64,000 nucleotides of DNA from Acidimicrobiales bacterium (GTDB lineage Bacteria > Actinomycetota > Acidimicrobiia > Acidimicrobiales > Aldehydirespiratoraceae), in the NCBI GenBank assembly GCA_021604885.1, contig BQJV01000001.1, forward strand, positions 2,795 through 66,794, written 5' to 3'. Position 1 is the stretch's first letter; every line of letters starts with the position of its first letter. The notes below the pieces were generated by a model. It had not been told where the DNA came from. It did no database searches and was given only the letters and a program-made list of their open reading frames with translations. This document shows, one piece after another, positions 47,274-56,489 of the stretch. A program made the translations under genes and the position numbers.

Positions 47274-49204
47274 ACGGCACCGACGCCGGGCCAGTCGTCG
47301 ATGTCGACGACGACCACGACGATGACGACGGCGCCGAGCGTTTGTGGGAGAGCCGAGAGGTGCGCTGGTCGGCACTGGCCGGGCTGCTGCTCCTCATCGG
47401 CTTCGTCGCAGGCCGCTTCGACGCGTCGACCGCGGTAGTCACCGGGCTGTATGTCGCGGCGACGGTGGCTGGGTTGCGGTTCTTCGCGCTCGAGGCACTC
47501 GAGGACCTGATCCGCGAACGCTCGATTGGCATCGAGTTGTTGATGACCGTCGGCACCCTCGCCGCGGGTGGGCTCGGCGAGTGGGGCGAGGCCGCCACGT
47601 TGGCGTTCCTATACTCGATTTCCGAAGCGCTCGAAGAGTTCACCGAGGACCGCACCCGCAACGCCATCAAGGCGCTGATGGACCTCGCCCCCAAACAGGT
47701 CACCCGGCTGCGCGACGGCACAGAGGAACAGATCGACGTCGCCGACCTCATCGTGGGCGACCGGTTCCTGGTCCGCCCCGGCGAAGGGATCGGCACCGAC
47801 GGCACCATCATCGAGGGCCGCTCCGCACTCAACGAAGCCGCCATCACTGGCGAATCGGTCCCAGTCGACAAACAGACCGGCGACAAGGTATTCGCCGGAA
47901 CGCTGAACACCACCGGCGCGCTCGTCGTGGACGCCACCGCCACATCGGCGGACAACACCCTGGCCAAGATCGTGGACCTGGTCAGCGAAGCGCAGGAAGC
48001 CAAGGGCCGCGGCGAGCAGTTCATGACCCGCTTCGCCCGGATCTACTCCCCCTCGGTGCTTCTCGTCGGAGTCCTGGTGGCGGTCGGCGGAGGGGCGTTC
48101 ACCGCGGACTGGTCCGAGTGGGTCGCTCGGGCCGCGACGGTGATCGTCGCCGCCGCACCGTGCGCGCTGGTCATCTCGATCCCGGTCACCTACGTCGCCG
48201 CCATCGGCAACGCCAGCCGCAAAGGCATCCTCATCAAGGGAGGCATCTACCTCGAAGAACTGGCCCGGCTCACCGTGTTGGCCTTGGACAAGACCGGGAC
48301 CCTCACCCAAGGCCAACCCCGCGTCGTGGAGATCGTGGCCGCCGCAGGCGAGACCGACGAGTCGGTGCTCGCCGCCGCCGCGGTGGTGGAGCAACGGTCC
48401 GAGCATCCCCTTGCCATGGCCGTGATGATCCGAGCGCGTGAGCTCGGCCTCGCCACCCCGTCGGCTGGCGACAGCTTCGAAGCGCTGATCGGTGCCGGCG
48501 CCCAAGCCTCCGCTGACGGGCGCCGCTACCTTGTGGGTTCACCGACCCTGATGCAGGACCGAGGCCTCGCGCTCAACGGGCTACAAGAACGGGTTCAGGA
48601 GCTCGAGACCGCCGGCCAGACCGCCATCGTCGTCGCCGTAGACGACCGGGTGGTAGGTGTGATCGGGATCGCCGATGTGGTCCGACCCCAAGCCCGCGAC
48701 GCCTTGCGAGATCTCCACAGCGAAGGCGTGGAACGCATCGTGATGCTCACCGGCGACAACGCCCGCACCGCTGCCGCAGTGGCCAACCAGGTCGGCATCG
48801 ACGAAGTGCAAGCCCATCTGAAACCAGACGACAAGTCGCGCATCGTCGCCGAACTCGCCCGTCATGGGCACGTCGGCATGGTCGGTGACGGCGTGAACGA
48901 CGCCCCCGCGCTCGCCGCCGCGTCAGTCGGCATCGCGATGGGCACCGCCGGCAGCGACGTCGCCCTCGAGACCGCCGACGTCGCGCTCATGGCCGACGAC
49001 CTGTCCAAACTCACCGAAGCCCTCCGGATCGGACGGCGCACCCGCCGCGTCGTCGCCCAAAACATCGCGCTCAGCCTCGTCATCCTCGCCATCCTCGTCC
49101 CCGGAGCCCTCGCCGGCGTGTTCACGCTGCCAATCGCTGTGCTCGCCCACGAACTCTCCGAGCTCGCCGTGATCGCCAACGGCCTCCGCCTCACCCGAAA
49201 ATGA
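47270..49204 (+). CDS. P1B-type heavy-metal translocating ATPase (no classical HMA domain, acidic/His N-terminus)
   Basis: ATG at 47270 (ATGA overlap). TGES, an APC motif in TM6 (AAAPCALVIS), DKTGTLT, GDGVNDAP and an N-terminal DVDDDHDDDDG. Confidence 0.9.
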   Translation: MNGTDAGPVVDVDDDHDDDDGAERLWESREVRWSALAGLLLLIGFVAGRFDASTAVVTGLYVAATVAGLRFFALEALEDLIRERSIGIELLMTVGTLAAGGLGEWGEAATLAFLYSISEALEEFTEDRTRNAIKALMDLAPKQVTRLRDGTEEQIDVADLIVGDRFLVRPGEGIGTDGTIIEGRSALNEAAITGESVPVDKQTGDKVFAGTLNTTGALVVDATATSADNTLAKIVDLVSEAQEAKGRGEQFMTRFARIYSPSVLLVGVLVAVGGGAFTADWSEWVARAATVIVAAAPCALVISIPVTYVAAIGNASRKGILIKGGIYLEELARLTVLALDKTGTLTQGQPRVVEIVAAAGETDESVLAAAAVVEQRSEHPLAMAVMIRARELGLATPSAGDSFEALIGAGAQASADGRRYLVGSPTLMQDRGLALNGLQERVQELETAGQTAIVVAVDDRVVGVIGIADVVRPQARDALRDLHSEGVERIVMLTGDNARTAAAVANQVGIDEVQAHLKPDDKSRIVAELARHGHVGMVGDGVNDAPALAAASVGIAMGTAGSDVALETADVALMADDLSKLTEALRIGRRTRRVVAQNIALSLVILAILVPGALAGVFTLPIAVLAHELSELAVIANGLRLTRK

Positions 49205-49689
49205 CCCACCCAACTCTCGATCCCACCGCACGGCGCCATAAGCGCACAGCTCTGATCCTCACCGCCACAGTGGTGTTCGGTCTCGACATCGGCACCAAGG
49301 TTGCGGCCAGCATCGTTCTCGCCGACAGTGACATCGATCTGCCAGGCCCTCTCGACCTCCGTCTCTCTCACAACTCCGGCGTCGCATTCGGGTTGGGCAA
49401 CACCGCGCCGGCATGGCTGATCCTCACCCTCACCGGAGTCTTCGCCATCGCCATCGGCATCGCGGCCTGGCGCGGCCATTTCCCCAGCACCATCGCCGCC
49501 GGTGTTGTGATCGGCGGAGCGCTCGCCAACGTGGCCGACCGCTCCGAAGCCGGCACCGTCGTCGACATGCTCCACACCGGCTGGTGGCCCACCTTCAACG
49601 TCGCCGACATCGCAATCGTCTGCGGAGCCCTCGCGCTCGCCATCACCGACTGGCGCGCCGCACCACACGAAGCAGCGGACACCCCATGA
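49201..49689 (+). CDS. lspA: lipoprotein signal peptidase II
   Basis: ..GLDIGTKV..LRLSHNSGVAFG..VIGGALANVADR..VVDMLH...WPTFNVADIAI... ATGA overlap with the ATPase stop. Confidence 0.85.
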   Translation: MTHPTLDPTARRHKRTALILTATVVFGLDIGTKVAASIVLADSDIDLPGPLDLRLSHNSGVAFGLGNTAPAWLILTLTGVFAIAIGIAAWRGHFPSTIAAGVVIGGALANVADRSEAGTVVDMLHTGWWPTFNVADIAIVCGALALAITDWRAAPHEAADTP

Positions 49690-49924
49690 CAGACAGCTGC
49701 GACCAGCGCTACCACGAGCTTCCACCCGGCGAACCATTCGATCCGAGTGCCGAGCGCACTGACCCGGCCCGGATTCCGCTGTCACCCGCGCCGCTCCTGC
49801 AGCAACGTTCTGGCACCGAATCCAACCGCGAACGTAACGGCGAACAACACCCCAAACGCCGACACCGCCATCACGACTGTCTCATGTGATCGTGGCCCTC
49901 GACGCTCAGCGCGGCCGTGGTCAA

Positions 49925-50152
49925 TCAGTCAACGCGTGCGCCCTTCCGATGCGAACTCGTATCGACCCAGGGAGCCAAAGATGGCTGTCTCGGCCCTGGT
50001 CGAAATCCCCACCGGGTTCGCAGGGAGCACAGGGCGCGAGAGACGCCAAGGAAGTCGTGATCGATGCCGTCGAGTTGGGCCAGACGCATCCGGATGAGTT
50101 GTTCTTCGGCGGCGCAGTCCATGCCCTCGACGCGGAACCTGCTGACCGTCAT
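49925..50152 (-). CDS. HMA-like small protein (GMDCAAEE type), possibly degenerate
   Basis: MTVSRFRVEGMDCAAEEQLIRMRLAQLDGID.. then the sequence loses family-like character. ATGA overlap with the upstream methyltransferase gene. Confidence 0.4.
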   Translation of the reverse strand: MTVSRFRVEGMDCAAEEQLIRMRLAQLDGIDHDFLGVSRALCSLRTRWGFRPGPRQPSLAPWVDTSSHRKGARVD

Positions 50153-50766
50153 CGCTGCTCCCGCCCGGGGGTCCGGCCGAGCGCCGGGACGAAGCGGCCG
50201 ACCCGAGACGCGTAGCCCCCGTAGACGTCGCCATGAAGTCGGTGCAGGTGTGGTTCCTCGACGAAGCGGACCTGGAGCTCGATCGCGACCACCAGGCAGA
50301 CCACAGCCAAGACCCCGATGACGTTGGGGACCATGGCGGTGAAGCCCGCAGCGGTGAAGATCATGGCGGTGAAGATCGGGTTGCGGACCAGTGAGAACAC
50401 GCCTCCTGTTACCAGTCCGGTGACCTCGGTCCGATCGATACCGATCCGCCATTCACTGCCCATGCCCAGCTGCGCCAGGTACGTCGCCCCGATCCCGGCT
50501 ATTGAGACTACGAGGCCCACGACCGGGACGAGGTCGTTGTCAGTGAGCGGGTCGATACCGACCATGGCCGCGACTGGGGCGGCGATGGCTCCGGCAAAGG
50601 CAACCACCAGCAGCAGGTAGGCGGCCCGCTCGATCCCGGATGCGTCTTCGGCGAACGCTCCGGGTCGGATGCCCGAGTCCCCCGTCGCGCGTTTCTGCAC
50701 GACCGAGCGAACGATGAATACGACCACAAACCAGACGGCGAGGAGCGCAAGCGCAATGGTGTTCAT
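50149..50766 (-). CDS. ICMT/PEMT-like membrane methyltransferase family protein
   Basis: 205 aa with about 5 TM spans. ..GLVTGGVFSLVRNPIFTAMIF..EEPHLHRLHGDVYGGYASRV... Confidence 0.7.
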   Translation of the reverse strand: MNTIALALLAVWFVVVFIVRSVVQKRATGDSGIRPGAFAEDASGIERAAYLLLVVAFAGAIAAPVAAMVGIDPLTDNDLVPVVGLVVSIAGIGATYLAQLGMGSEWRIGIDRTEVTGLVTGGVFSLVRNPIFTAMIFTAAGFTAMVPNVIGVLAVVCLVVAIELQVRFVEEPHLHRLHGDVYGGYASRVGRFVPALGRTPGREQR

Positions 50767-53234
50767 GCCGTCGGGTCCTGTTGAGGGTCGCGGTAGTTCA
50801 GCAGGCGTAGCGCGTTGGCGACGACGACGAGCGTGCTGCCTTCGTGTGCGATGACAGCGATGCTGATGCCGACGCCGGCGATGGTGAGCGGGATAAGGAC
50901 GGCGACGACGCCGAGGCTGAAGTAGAGGTTCTGTTTGATGGTGCGGCTGGCTCGGCGGGCGAGGCCGACGGCGGTGGGCAGTCCGGCGAGGCGGTCGGCG
51001 AGCAGAGCGATGTCGGCGGTTTCAAGGGCGACGTCGCTGCCGGCGGCGCCCATGGCGATGCCGACGTTGGCGGCCGCGAGTGCGGGGGCGTCGTTTACGC
51101 CGTCGCCGACCATGGCGACCCCGTCGGCGGCGGCGAGTCCGTTGACGGCGTCGACTTTGTCGGCAGGCAGGAGCCCCCCGTTGGCTTCGGTGATGCCGAC
51201 ATGGGACGCGACGGCGGTCGCGACGCGTTGGTTGTCGCCCGACAGCATCACGATCCGGTCGATACCAAGCGCTCGCAGCGCTTCGATCGCACGCCCGGCG
51301 TCGTCGCGAGGCGTGTCCATAACACCCAACACCCCCAGGAAGCGGGGCCCGTGGGCCACGATCATGGTGGTGCGGCCGCGTGATTCAAGCACGTCTTGGG
51401 TGGTGCGGATGCCGTCGGGGACATCCGTGCCTTCGAAGAGCGCGAGGTTGCCGATCTTGACGGTTTCGCCGTCGACGGTGGCGGTGATGCCCTTGCCGTT
51501 GACTGCGGTGACGTCAGTGGCGGTTGGGATGCGCTCGTCGTCGAGTCGGGGTTCGATGCCGTTGGTGATGGCCCGAGCGATGGGGTGATCGCTGAGTCGC
51601 TCGACCGCGAGCGCGATACTCAGCAGATCGCCTTCGGCTTCGGGGTCGGAGGGTTTGATGTCGGTGAGGCGTGGGCGTCCTTCGGTGAGGGTGCCGGTCT
51701 TGTCGAAAGCGATGGCGTCGACGGTGCCGAGCGCCTCGAGCGGTCCGCCGCCCTTGACCAGGATGCCGGCGCGTGCGGCTCGGGCGATTGCGGCCAACAC
51801 GGCGCTGGGGGTGGCGATGGCGAGCGCGCACGGGCTGGCGGCCACCAGGACGGCCATGGCCCGGGCGAAGGAATCAGTGAACGCCTCCCCGGCCAGCGGC
51901 GGCACAACCAACAGCACGGCGACCAGGGCCAGAACCGAGGGGACGAAGACTCGGACGATGCGTTTGGTAAACCGCTGGGTGGGCGAGATCTGCGTTTCGG
52001 CCTCTGCGACGAGTTGGACCACGCGGGCGAGCGTCGAGTCGGCGGCGACACGCAGCACCATGACTTCGATCGCGCCTGGCCCGTTCAGGGTCCCGGCAAA
52101 GGTTCGATGCCGCGCTTCGATGGTGTCGACCCCGGCGAGCGCGTCGGTGGGGTCAGCGATGGCGGTCTTGTCGACAGGGACCGATTCGCCGGTGACCGGG
52201 GACTCGTCGATGGCCGTCTCGCCGGCGACGATCACCCCATCGGCGGGGATCCGCTCGTTGGGCCGCACGACCACTACATCCCCAACGACGAGATCAGTGA
52301 CCGGGATTTCGGCTTCGGGGTTCTCTCGTCGGCGCGCCGTTGCGGGGGCCAGGTCGCCGAGCGCTTCGATGGCACTGCGGGCCCGGTTCATGGCGTAGCC
52401 CTCGAGGGCATGTCCCAAGGAAAACAACACCAGCAGGAGCGCCGAGTCCGACCAGTGCCCGATAAACGCGGCCCCCACCGCGGCGATCAGCATCAACTGG
52501 TCGATGTCGAACACGCGAGATCGCACCGACAACCAGGCATCGCGGGCAACGAAGAGACCGGTCACCACCGCAGCTACGACATAGAGGACCGTGACCGAGG
52601 CGTCGAGGTCGCTGAACCAATCCAGGCCCCGCGCCACCAGGTAGACCACCAACGACACCAGGGCAGCACCCAACTCGACCCGACTCGCGCCATGGCCATG
52701 GTCATGCCCGTCATCGGAGTCATGGTCATCTTCATCGTCGTGATCCGGATCGGGCCCCTGCGGAGCCGACCGGGAGCGTGGAGCCAAGTGTCGGAGCGCG
52801 ACGTGGATGGCAGCTTCGTCGGTTGCTGCCTTGTCGTACTCGACGCGCGCCAAGCCTTCGACTGTCACCGCGGCATCGACCACACCGACGGCCGACCGGA
52901 GCTGCGCAGTCAGCGCCGCCGCCCGGCTCGTGTTGCCCACTCCATCCACCCGTCCGACGACATGCCCATATCGGCCGTCGATGCTGGCGCCCGTAGCGCG
53001 GACTCGGTCCGTGAGGCGCTGGATCGAGACCGCCCCCGAAGCGAGATGAAGACACAGCGTCGCCGAGCCAACGGGCGCGGAACCATCAGCGGCGGTGTCG
53101 TCGACAATGACGTGCACCGAGTCGACACCGTCGAGGCGCTGCAACGAGTTGACCAGGTCGGCCACACAGCGGTCCTGCGCGTCGTGCGCGTGCGGAAGCA
53201 CTACATCGAGATCGAGCTGAAGGTTCTCGCTCAC
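50763..53234 (-). CDS. P1B-type heavy-metal translocating ATPase (SPC motif, His/Asp-rich linker)
   Basis: GTG at 53234 (GTGA overlap). N-terminal ferredoxin-like domains without CxxC, PDPDHDDEDDHDSDDGHDHGHG, TGES, LVAASPCALAIATP, FDKTGTLTEG and GDGVNDAP. Confidence 0.9.
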   Translation of the reverse strand: MSENLQLDLDVVLPHAHDAQDRCVADLVNSLQRLDGVDSVHVIVDDTAADGSAPVGSATLCLHLASGAVSIQRLTDRVRATGASIDGRYGHVVGRVDGVGNTSRAAALTAQLRSAVGVVDAAVTVEGLARVEYDKAATDEAAIHVALRHLAPRSRSAPQGPDPDHDDEDDHDSDDGHDHGHGASRVELGAALVSLVVYLVARGLDWFSDLDASVTVLYVVAAVVTGLFVARDAWLSVRSRVFDIDQLMLIAAVGAAFIGHWSDSALLLVLFSLGHALEGYAMNRARSAIEALGDLAPATARRRENPEAEIPVTDLVVGDVVVVRPNERIPADGVIVAGETAIDESPVTGESVPVDKTAIADPTDALAGVDTIEARHRTFAGTLNGPGAIEVMVLRVAADSTLARVVQLVAEAETQISPTQRFTKRIVRVFVPSVLALVAVLLVVPPLAGEAFTDSFARAMAVLVAASPCALAIATPSAVLAAIARAARAGILVKGGGPLEALGTVDAIAFDKTGTLTEGRPRLTDIKPSDPEAEGDLLSIALAVERLSDHPIARAITNGIEPRLDDERIPTATDVTAVNGKGITATVDGETVKIGNLALFEGTDVPDGIRTTQDVLESRGRTTMIVAHGPRFLGVLGVMDTPRDDAGRAIEALRALGIDRIVMLSGDNQRVATAVASHVGITEANGGLLPADKVDAVNGLAAADGVAMVGDGVNDAPALAAANVGIAMGAAGSDVALETADIALLADRLAGLPTAVGLARRASRTIKQNLYFSLGVVAVLIPLTIAGVGISIAVIAHEGSTLVVVANALRLLNYRDPQQDPTA

Positions 53235-54271
53235 TCGACGTCCTCCCCGCTCCGTTGGCCCGGTGCGGAGCCGGCCGCCAGATAGACGGCTCCCGCCCAT
53301 GCTTCCTCGTACACGACGTCGATGGCGTGGGCATCGATGGCTTCCCACGGCCGGAGTGACCGGTAGGCCTCGGAGACTCCGAACGGGCGACTCAGCGCCG
53401 ATCCCACCCGCACCACCCACTCCGGCCAGCGCTCGGGATCGCGCAAGCCGTTGACGGCGATACGGCCTCCGGGGGGCAGCTGCTCGGCAAGCCGTGCGAT
53501 CACCTCGTCGTAGTCGGGCAGCATCTCCATCGCATACGACGACACCACCGCATCAGTGCCAGAGGGCAGGTCGAAGGCCGCCATGTCGGCCTCGATCAGC
53601 TCCACGTTGTTCGAGCCCACGGCGGAGACTCGCCGCCGGGCCCGTTCGAGCATCCCGGGCGACAGGTCCACCCCCACCACGGTCCCGGCTTGGCCAACCG
53701 CAGCGGCAAGCTTCGGCAGGTTGCGGCCGGTGCCGGTACCCAAGTCCACGACCGTGTCGCCGGGTTGGAGGCGAAGCTCCTCGATGGCCTGCTCGGCGAG
53801 TCCTTTCGACCCGAACCAGCCGTAGGGACTCGACAGCAAGTCATAGACCGGGGCCAGCCGGTCATAGAGACTGCGCACCTCTGACGGCTCCAGTACCTCC
53901 GCCGCCGGTTCAGCATCGGCGTTGGCGAGCACGTCGGCCAGATCCTCGCGAACGGGTACCGGAGCAAAGGCCGACACATCGGATCGGCCCGAGTTCCCGG
54001 CTGGATAGCGGCCCGTCAGTGACCCCGGGACGGCGACCAGCAGCCGGAAGAGCTGCCCCGCGATCTCACCGGCATCTCGGGTCCGCCAGCCCACACCGAG
54101 CATCGAGCCGTGCACACGCAGATGAGACCGCGCCCAGGGCTGGGACAGCACGTGCGCGTCACCGAGCCTCTCCCACGCGGCCTCGACCTCTCCCGCACGC
54201 ACGCGATGGCGTGCGTCTGCGGTGAGCTCGTCGATACGTTGATCGATCGGTTGCGGTGCTCGCCACCTCAC
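53231..54271 (-). CDS. DUF3703-like N-terminal domain fused to a class I SAM-dependent methyltransferase
   Basis: N-terminus: ..GDAHVLSQPWARSHLRVHGSMLGVGW..GQLFRLLVAVPGSLTGRYPAGNSGR... C-terminus: ..VVDLGTGTGRN..VVGVDLSPGML.. (SAM motif I). Confidence 0.7.
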   Translation of the reverse strand: MRWRAPQPIDQRIDELTADARHRVRAGEVEAAWERLGDAHVLSQPWARSHLRVHGSMLGVGWRTRDAGEIAGQLFRLLVAVPGSLTGRYPAGNSGRSDVSAFAPVPVREDLADVLANADAEPAAEVLEPSEVRSLYDRLAPVYDLLSSPYGWFGSKGLAEQAIEELRLQPGDTVVDLGTGTGRNLPKLAAAVGQAGTVVGVDLSPGMLERARRRVSAVGSNNVELIEADMAAFDLPSGTDAVVSSYAMEMLPDYDEVIARLAEQLPPGGRIAVNGLRDPERWPEWVVRVGSALSRPFGVSEAYRSLRPWEAIDAHAIDVVYEEAWAGAVYLAAGSAPGQRSGEDVE

Positions 54272-54651
54272 CGTTCGCCGTCCTCGCCATGGGCGACGTG
54301 TTCGCGCGATAGATCCAACAGCAGACGGACGTGGGCGTCGTCGAGGCGGTAAATGATGTTGCGCCCATCTCGGCGATTCCGCACCACTGCTGCTGACCGC
54401 AGCAAGCGCATCGCCTGAGACACCTTCGTCTCGGAGGTGTCCACCACTGCGGCAATGTCACACACGCACAATTCGCCGGCCTCCAACAAGGCGTACAAGA
54501 TCCGCACCCGCGTCGGATCGCCCAACAGTCGGAACATCTCGGCCAACGCGGCAGCTTCGTCGACGTCCACCAGCGATTCCGCCACCGCCGCAACCCGGCT
54601 GGCGTCCACACGGCGCTCGGCACACCTCTCGACGTCCGTATTTACCTTCAT
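54268..54651 (-). CDS. ArsR/SmtB-family metalloregulator
   Basis: ATG at 54651. ..LAEMFRLLGDPTRVRILYALLEAGELCVCDIAAVVDTSETKVSQAMRLL..IIYRL.. with an alpha-3 CVC motif. The ORF-track start (55188) is a spurious extension. Confidence 0.88.
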   Translation of the reverse strand: MKVNTDVERCAERRVDASRVAAVAESLVDVDEAAALAEMFRLLGDPTRVRILYALLEAGELCVCDIAAVVDTSETKVSQAMRLLRSAAVVRNRRDGRNIIYRLDDAHVRLLLDLSREHVAHGEDGER

Positions 54652-54663
54652 ATCTGTGAAGGT
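54644..54663. promoter_or_regulatory. perfect inverted repeat ACCTTCA-TATCTG-TGAAGGT overlapping the arsR start codon
   Basis: Seen directly. The 7-bp arms straddle the ATG complement at 54649-54651, and an AT-rich region follows. Confidence 0.5.
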
Positions 54664-54764
54664 ATGTTGTCTTCCGGTGAAAGTCAATGATGGCTGAGGG
54701 AAGCTTGTTGCGACACTGTGTAATAGTAGTCGAGAAGCATCGAAGGAAGGATGGAGCGACGGCG

Positions 54765-55028
54765 ATGAGTTCATCACTGAACCGGGAGCACCCCTCGGAA
54801 GGTCAGTTGCGGGTCGCTCGCACCCAGCGCCGGCTTCTCGATTCGCTGCTGTCGCCCGAACGCCCGGACCACCTCGTCGCCGATCCGGGCTTCGGTGCCG
54901 GGGTTCAGGAGTTGATCGACGCCGGGTTGGCGGTCGAACGGGTCGGTTCCAACGGTGCGCCAGGTCGTGTCCGCTTGACAAACTGCGGGTTGGCGGCCGC
55001 GCTGGCGATCCTCGACGATGCACGGTGA
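54765..55028 (+). CDS. small hypothetical protein (possibly winged-helix-like)
   Basis: ATG preceded by GGAAGGATGGAG. MSSSLNREHPSEGQLRVARTQRRLLDSLLSPE..ELIDAGLAVERVG... I recognise no family. Confidence 0.4.
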   Translation: MSSSLNREHPSEGQLRVARTQRRLLDSLLSPERPDHLVADPGFGAGVQELIDAGLAVERVGSNGAPGRVRLTNCGLAAALAILDDAR

Positions 55029-55154
55029 CGACCGGCCGCATCGCCGAAGTCACGAAGGAACGCAGCACCATGCGTGAGAGCATCCTTCGTCGTGTTCGTA
55101 GTGGCCGCGCCGGTGTCGACCTCGGCCGGTCCGCCATGACCCTCTGGAGAAACA

Positions 55155-55943
55155 TTGACGACAACCGACGTTGACCGCTCCGATGCATCGCCGCCGGCGC
55201 TCGATCACGAAGCTCGCGTCTCGGGTCTGCGCCGGCTGCTGCCGACGACGCCCGGTCAGCGCATGGTCGGGGTCATCGCGCTCATGTTTCTCGCCGGCAG
55301 TATCGGCTACTTCATCGGAGTACGCGAGGGCGACTCCCCGCCGGGCGACTCCGCCGATGTCGGGTTCCTCTATGACATGTCGGCGCATCATGAACAGGCG
55401 GTGCAGCTCTCGATGATCCAGCTGGCCAACGGGTCCGAGCCGTCGGTCCATGCGTTCGCCCGCGAGATCATCCGATCACAGTCCTACGAGATCGGCCTTA
55501 TGCAGATGCGACTCGGCATGTGGGGATTCGATCCCGCGTCGCGCGAGCAAGAGCCAATGGCATGGATGGGGATGTCGGTTCCCAGCACCGACGCGATGCC
55601 CGGCATGGCCGATGCCGCAGAACTCGAGACCTTCCGCGACGCCCAGGGCCCCGAGACCGATGCGCTGTTCTTGGCCTTGATGAGCGATCACCATGCCGGC
55701 GGCGTGGCCATGGCCCAGGACGCTGCGAGCCGTGCCGAAGACGCCTGGGTCGTCGACACCGCAGAACGGATGGCGCGCATCCAAGCCTCGGAGATCGCCG
55801 AGATGGAATTCGCCCGCGAAGCAGCCGGACTGCCCTCGTCACCGGCCGGATTCGTTGCCGACTTCGGACCCGACGCAGCAGACATGGGTGAGATGGACAT
55901 GGACCCATCGCAGTCGGACATGGACAACGACGACGGCGGCTGA
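55155..55943 (+). CDS. DUF305-family protein (four-helix, His-rich; metal-island associated)
   Basis: One N-terminal TM span, then ..FLYDMSAHHEQAVQLS..EIIRSQSYEIGLM.. and ..FLALMSDHHAGGVAMA..RIQASEIAEM.., the duplicated DUF305 motifs. Confidence 0.8.
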   Translation: MTTTDVDRSDASPPALDHEARVSGLRRLLPTTPGQRMVGVIALMFLAGSIGYFIGVREGDSPPGDSADVGFLYDMSAHHEQAVQLSMIQLANGSEPSVHAFAREIIRSQSYEIGLMQMRLGMWGFDPASREQEPMAWMGMSVPSTDAMPGMADAAELETFRDAQGPETDALFLALMSDHHAGGVAMAQDAASRAEDAWVVDTAERMARIQASEIAEMEFAREAAGLPSSPAGFVADFGPDAADMGEMDMDPSQSDMDNDDGG

Positions 55944-55964
55944 GCTGTCGCCCACTGCCTGACG

Positions 55965-56489
55965 TCACGAGCTGCGGGGCCCGACGATGCCAGACTTGCG
56001 ACGAACCACTCGGGCGAAGGTCAGCACGGCGACGCCGGCGATCACCATGCCCGCAGCGACGACGGCCGTGCGCCACCGGGGCTCGCTCTGGGCCCCAGAG
56101 TTGAGCTCGTGTTCGAAGGTGACTGCGTCGCCGGCGACCACGATGCGAACCGTGATCAACCACGCCTCCTCACCCAGCTCGGGCAGGAGGACCTGGTAGG
56201 CACCGCCGAGTTCGTTGCCGACCAGCGGTCCGACTTGTCTCGTTTCGCTAACGGCATTCACCTCGACCCTGGCCCCCCGTACCGGGAGTCCAGTGGACGG
56301 ATCGTTGACAACGACTGTGTACAGCAGGTCGGTCCCCGCGATCTCCTCGTCGAACGCCTCCACGGCAAAGGGCCCGACGTCGCCGGAGAACTCCGGATCG
56401 CCGTGGGCCGCGGCCGGCAACGCACCACCGAGCCCGACCCCGATGACCAGGGCCAGTGCGCCAAGGCACCGGCGAAGCGCGACGGTCAT
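55965..56489 (-). CDS. secreted, C-terminally anchored protein (possible Cu-binding; mature N-terminus begins with His)
   Basis: Signal peptide ..GGALPAAA/HGDPEF.., a beta-rich body and a C-terminal TM span with RRK. ATGA overlap with the uppP stop. The function is inference. Confidence 0.55.
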   Translation of the reverse strand: MTVALRRCLGALALVIGVGLGGALPAAAHGDPEFSGDVGPFAVEAFDEEIAGTDLLYTVVVNDPSTGLPVRGARVEVNAVSETRQVGPLVGNELGGAYQVLLPELGEEAWLITVRIVVAGDAVTFEHELNSGAQSEPRWRTAVVAAGMVIAGVAVLTFARVVRRKSGIVGPRSS

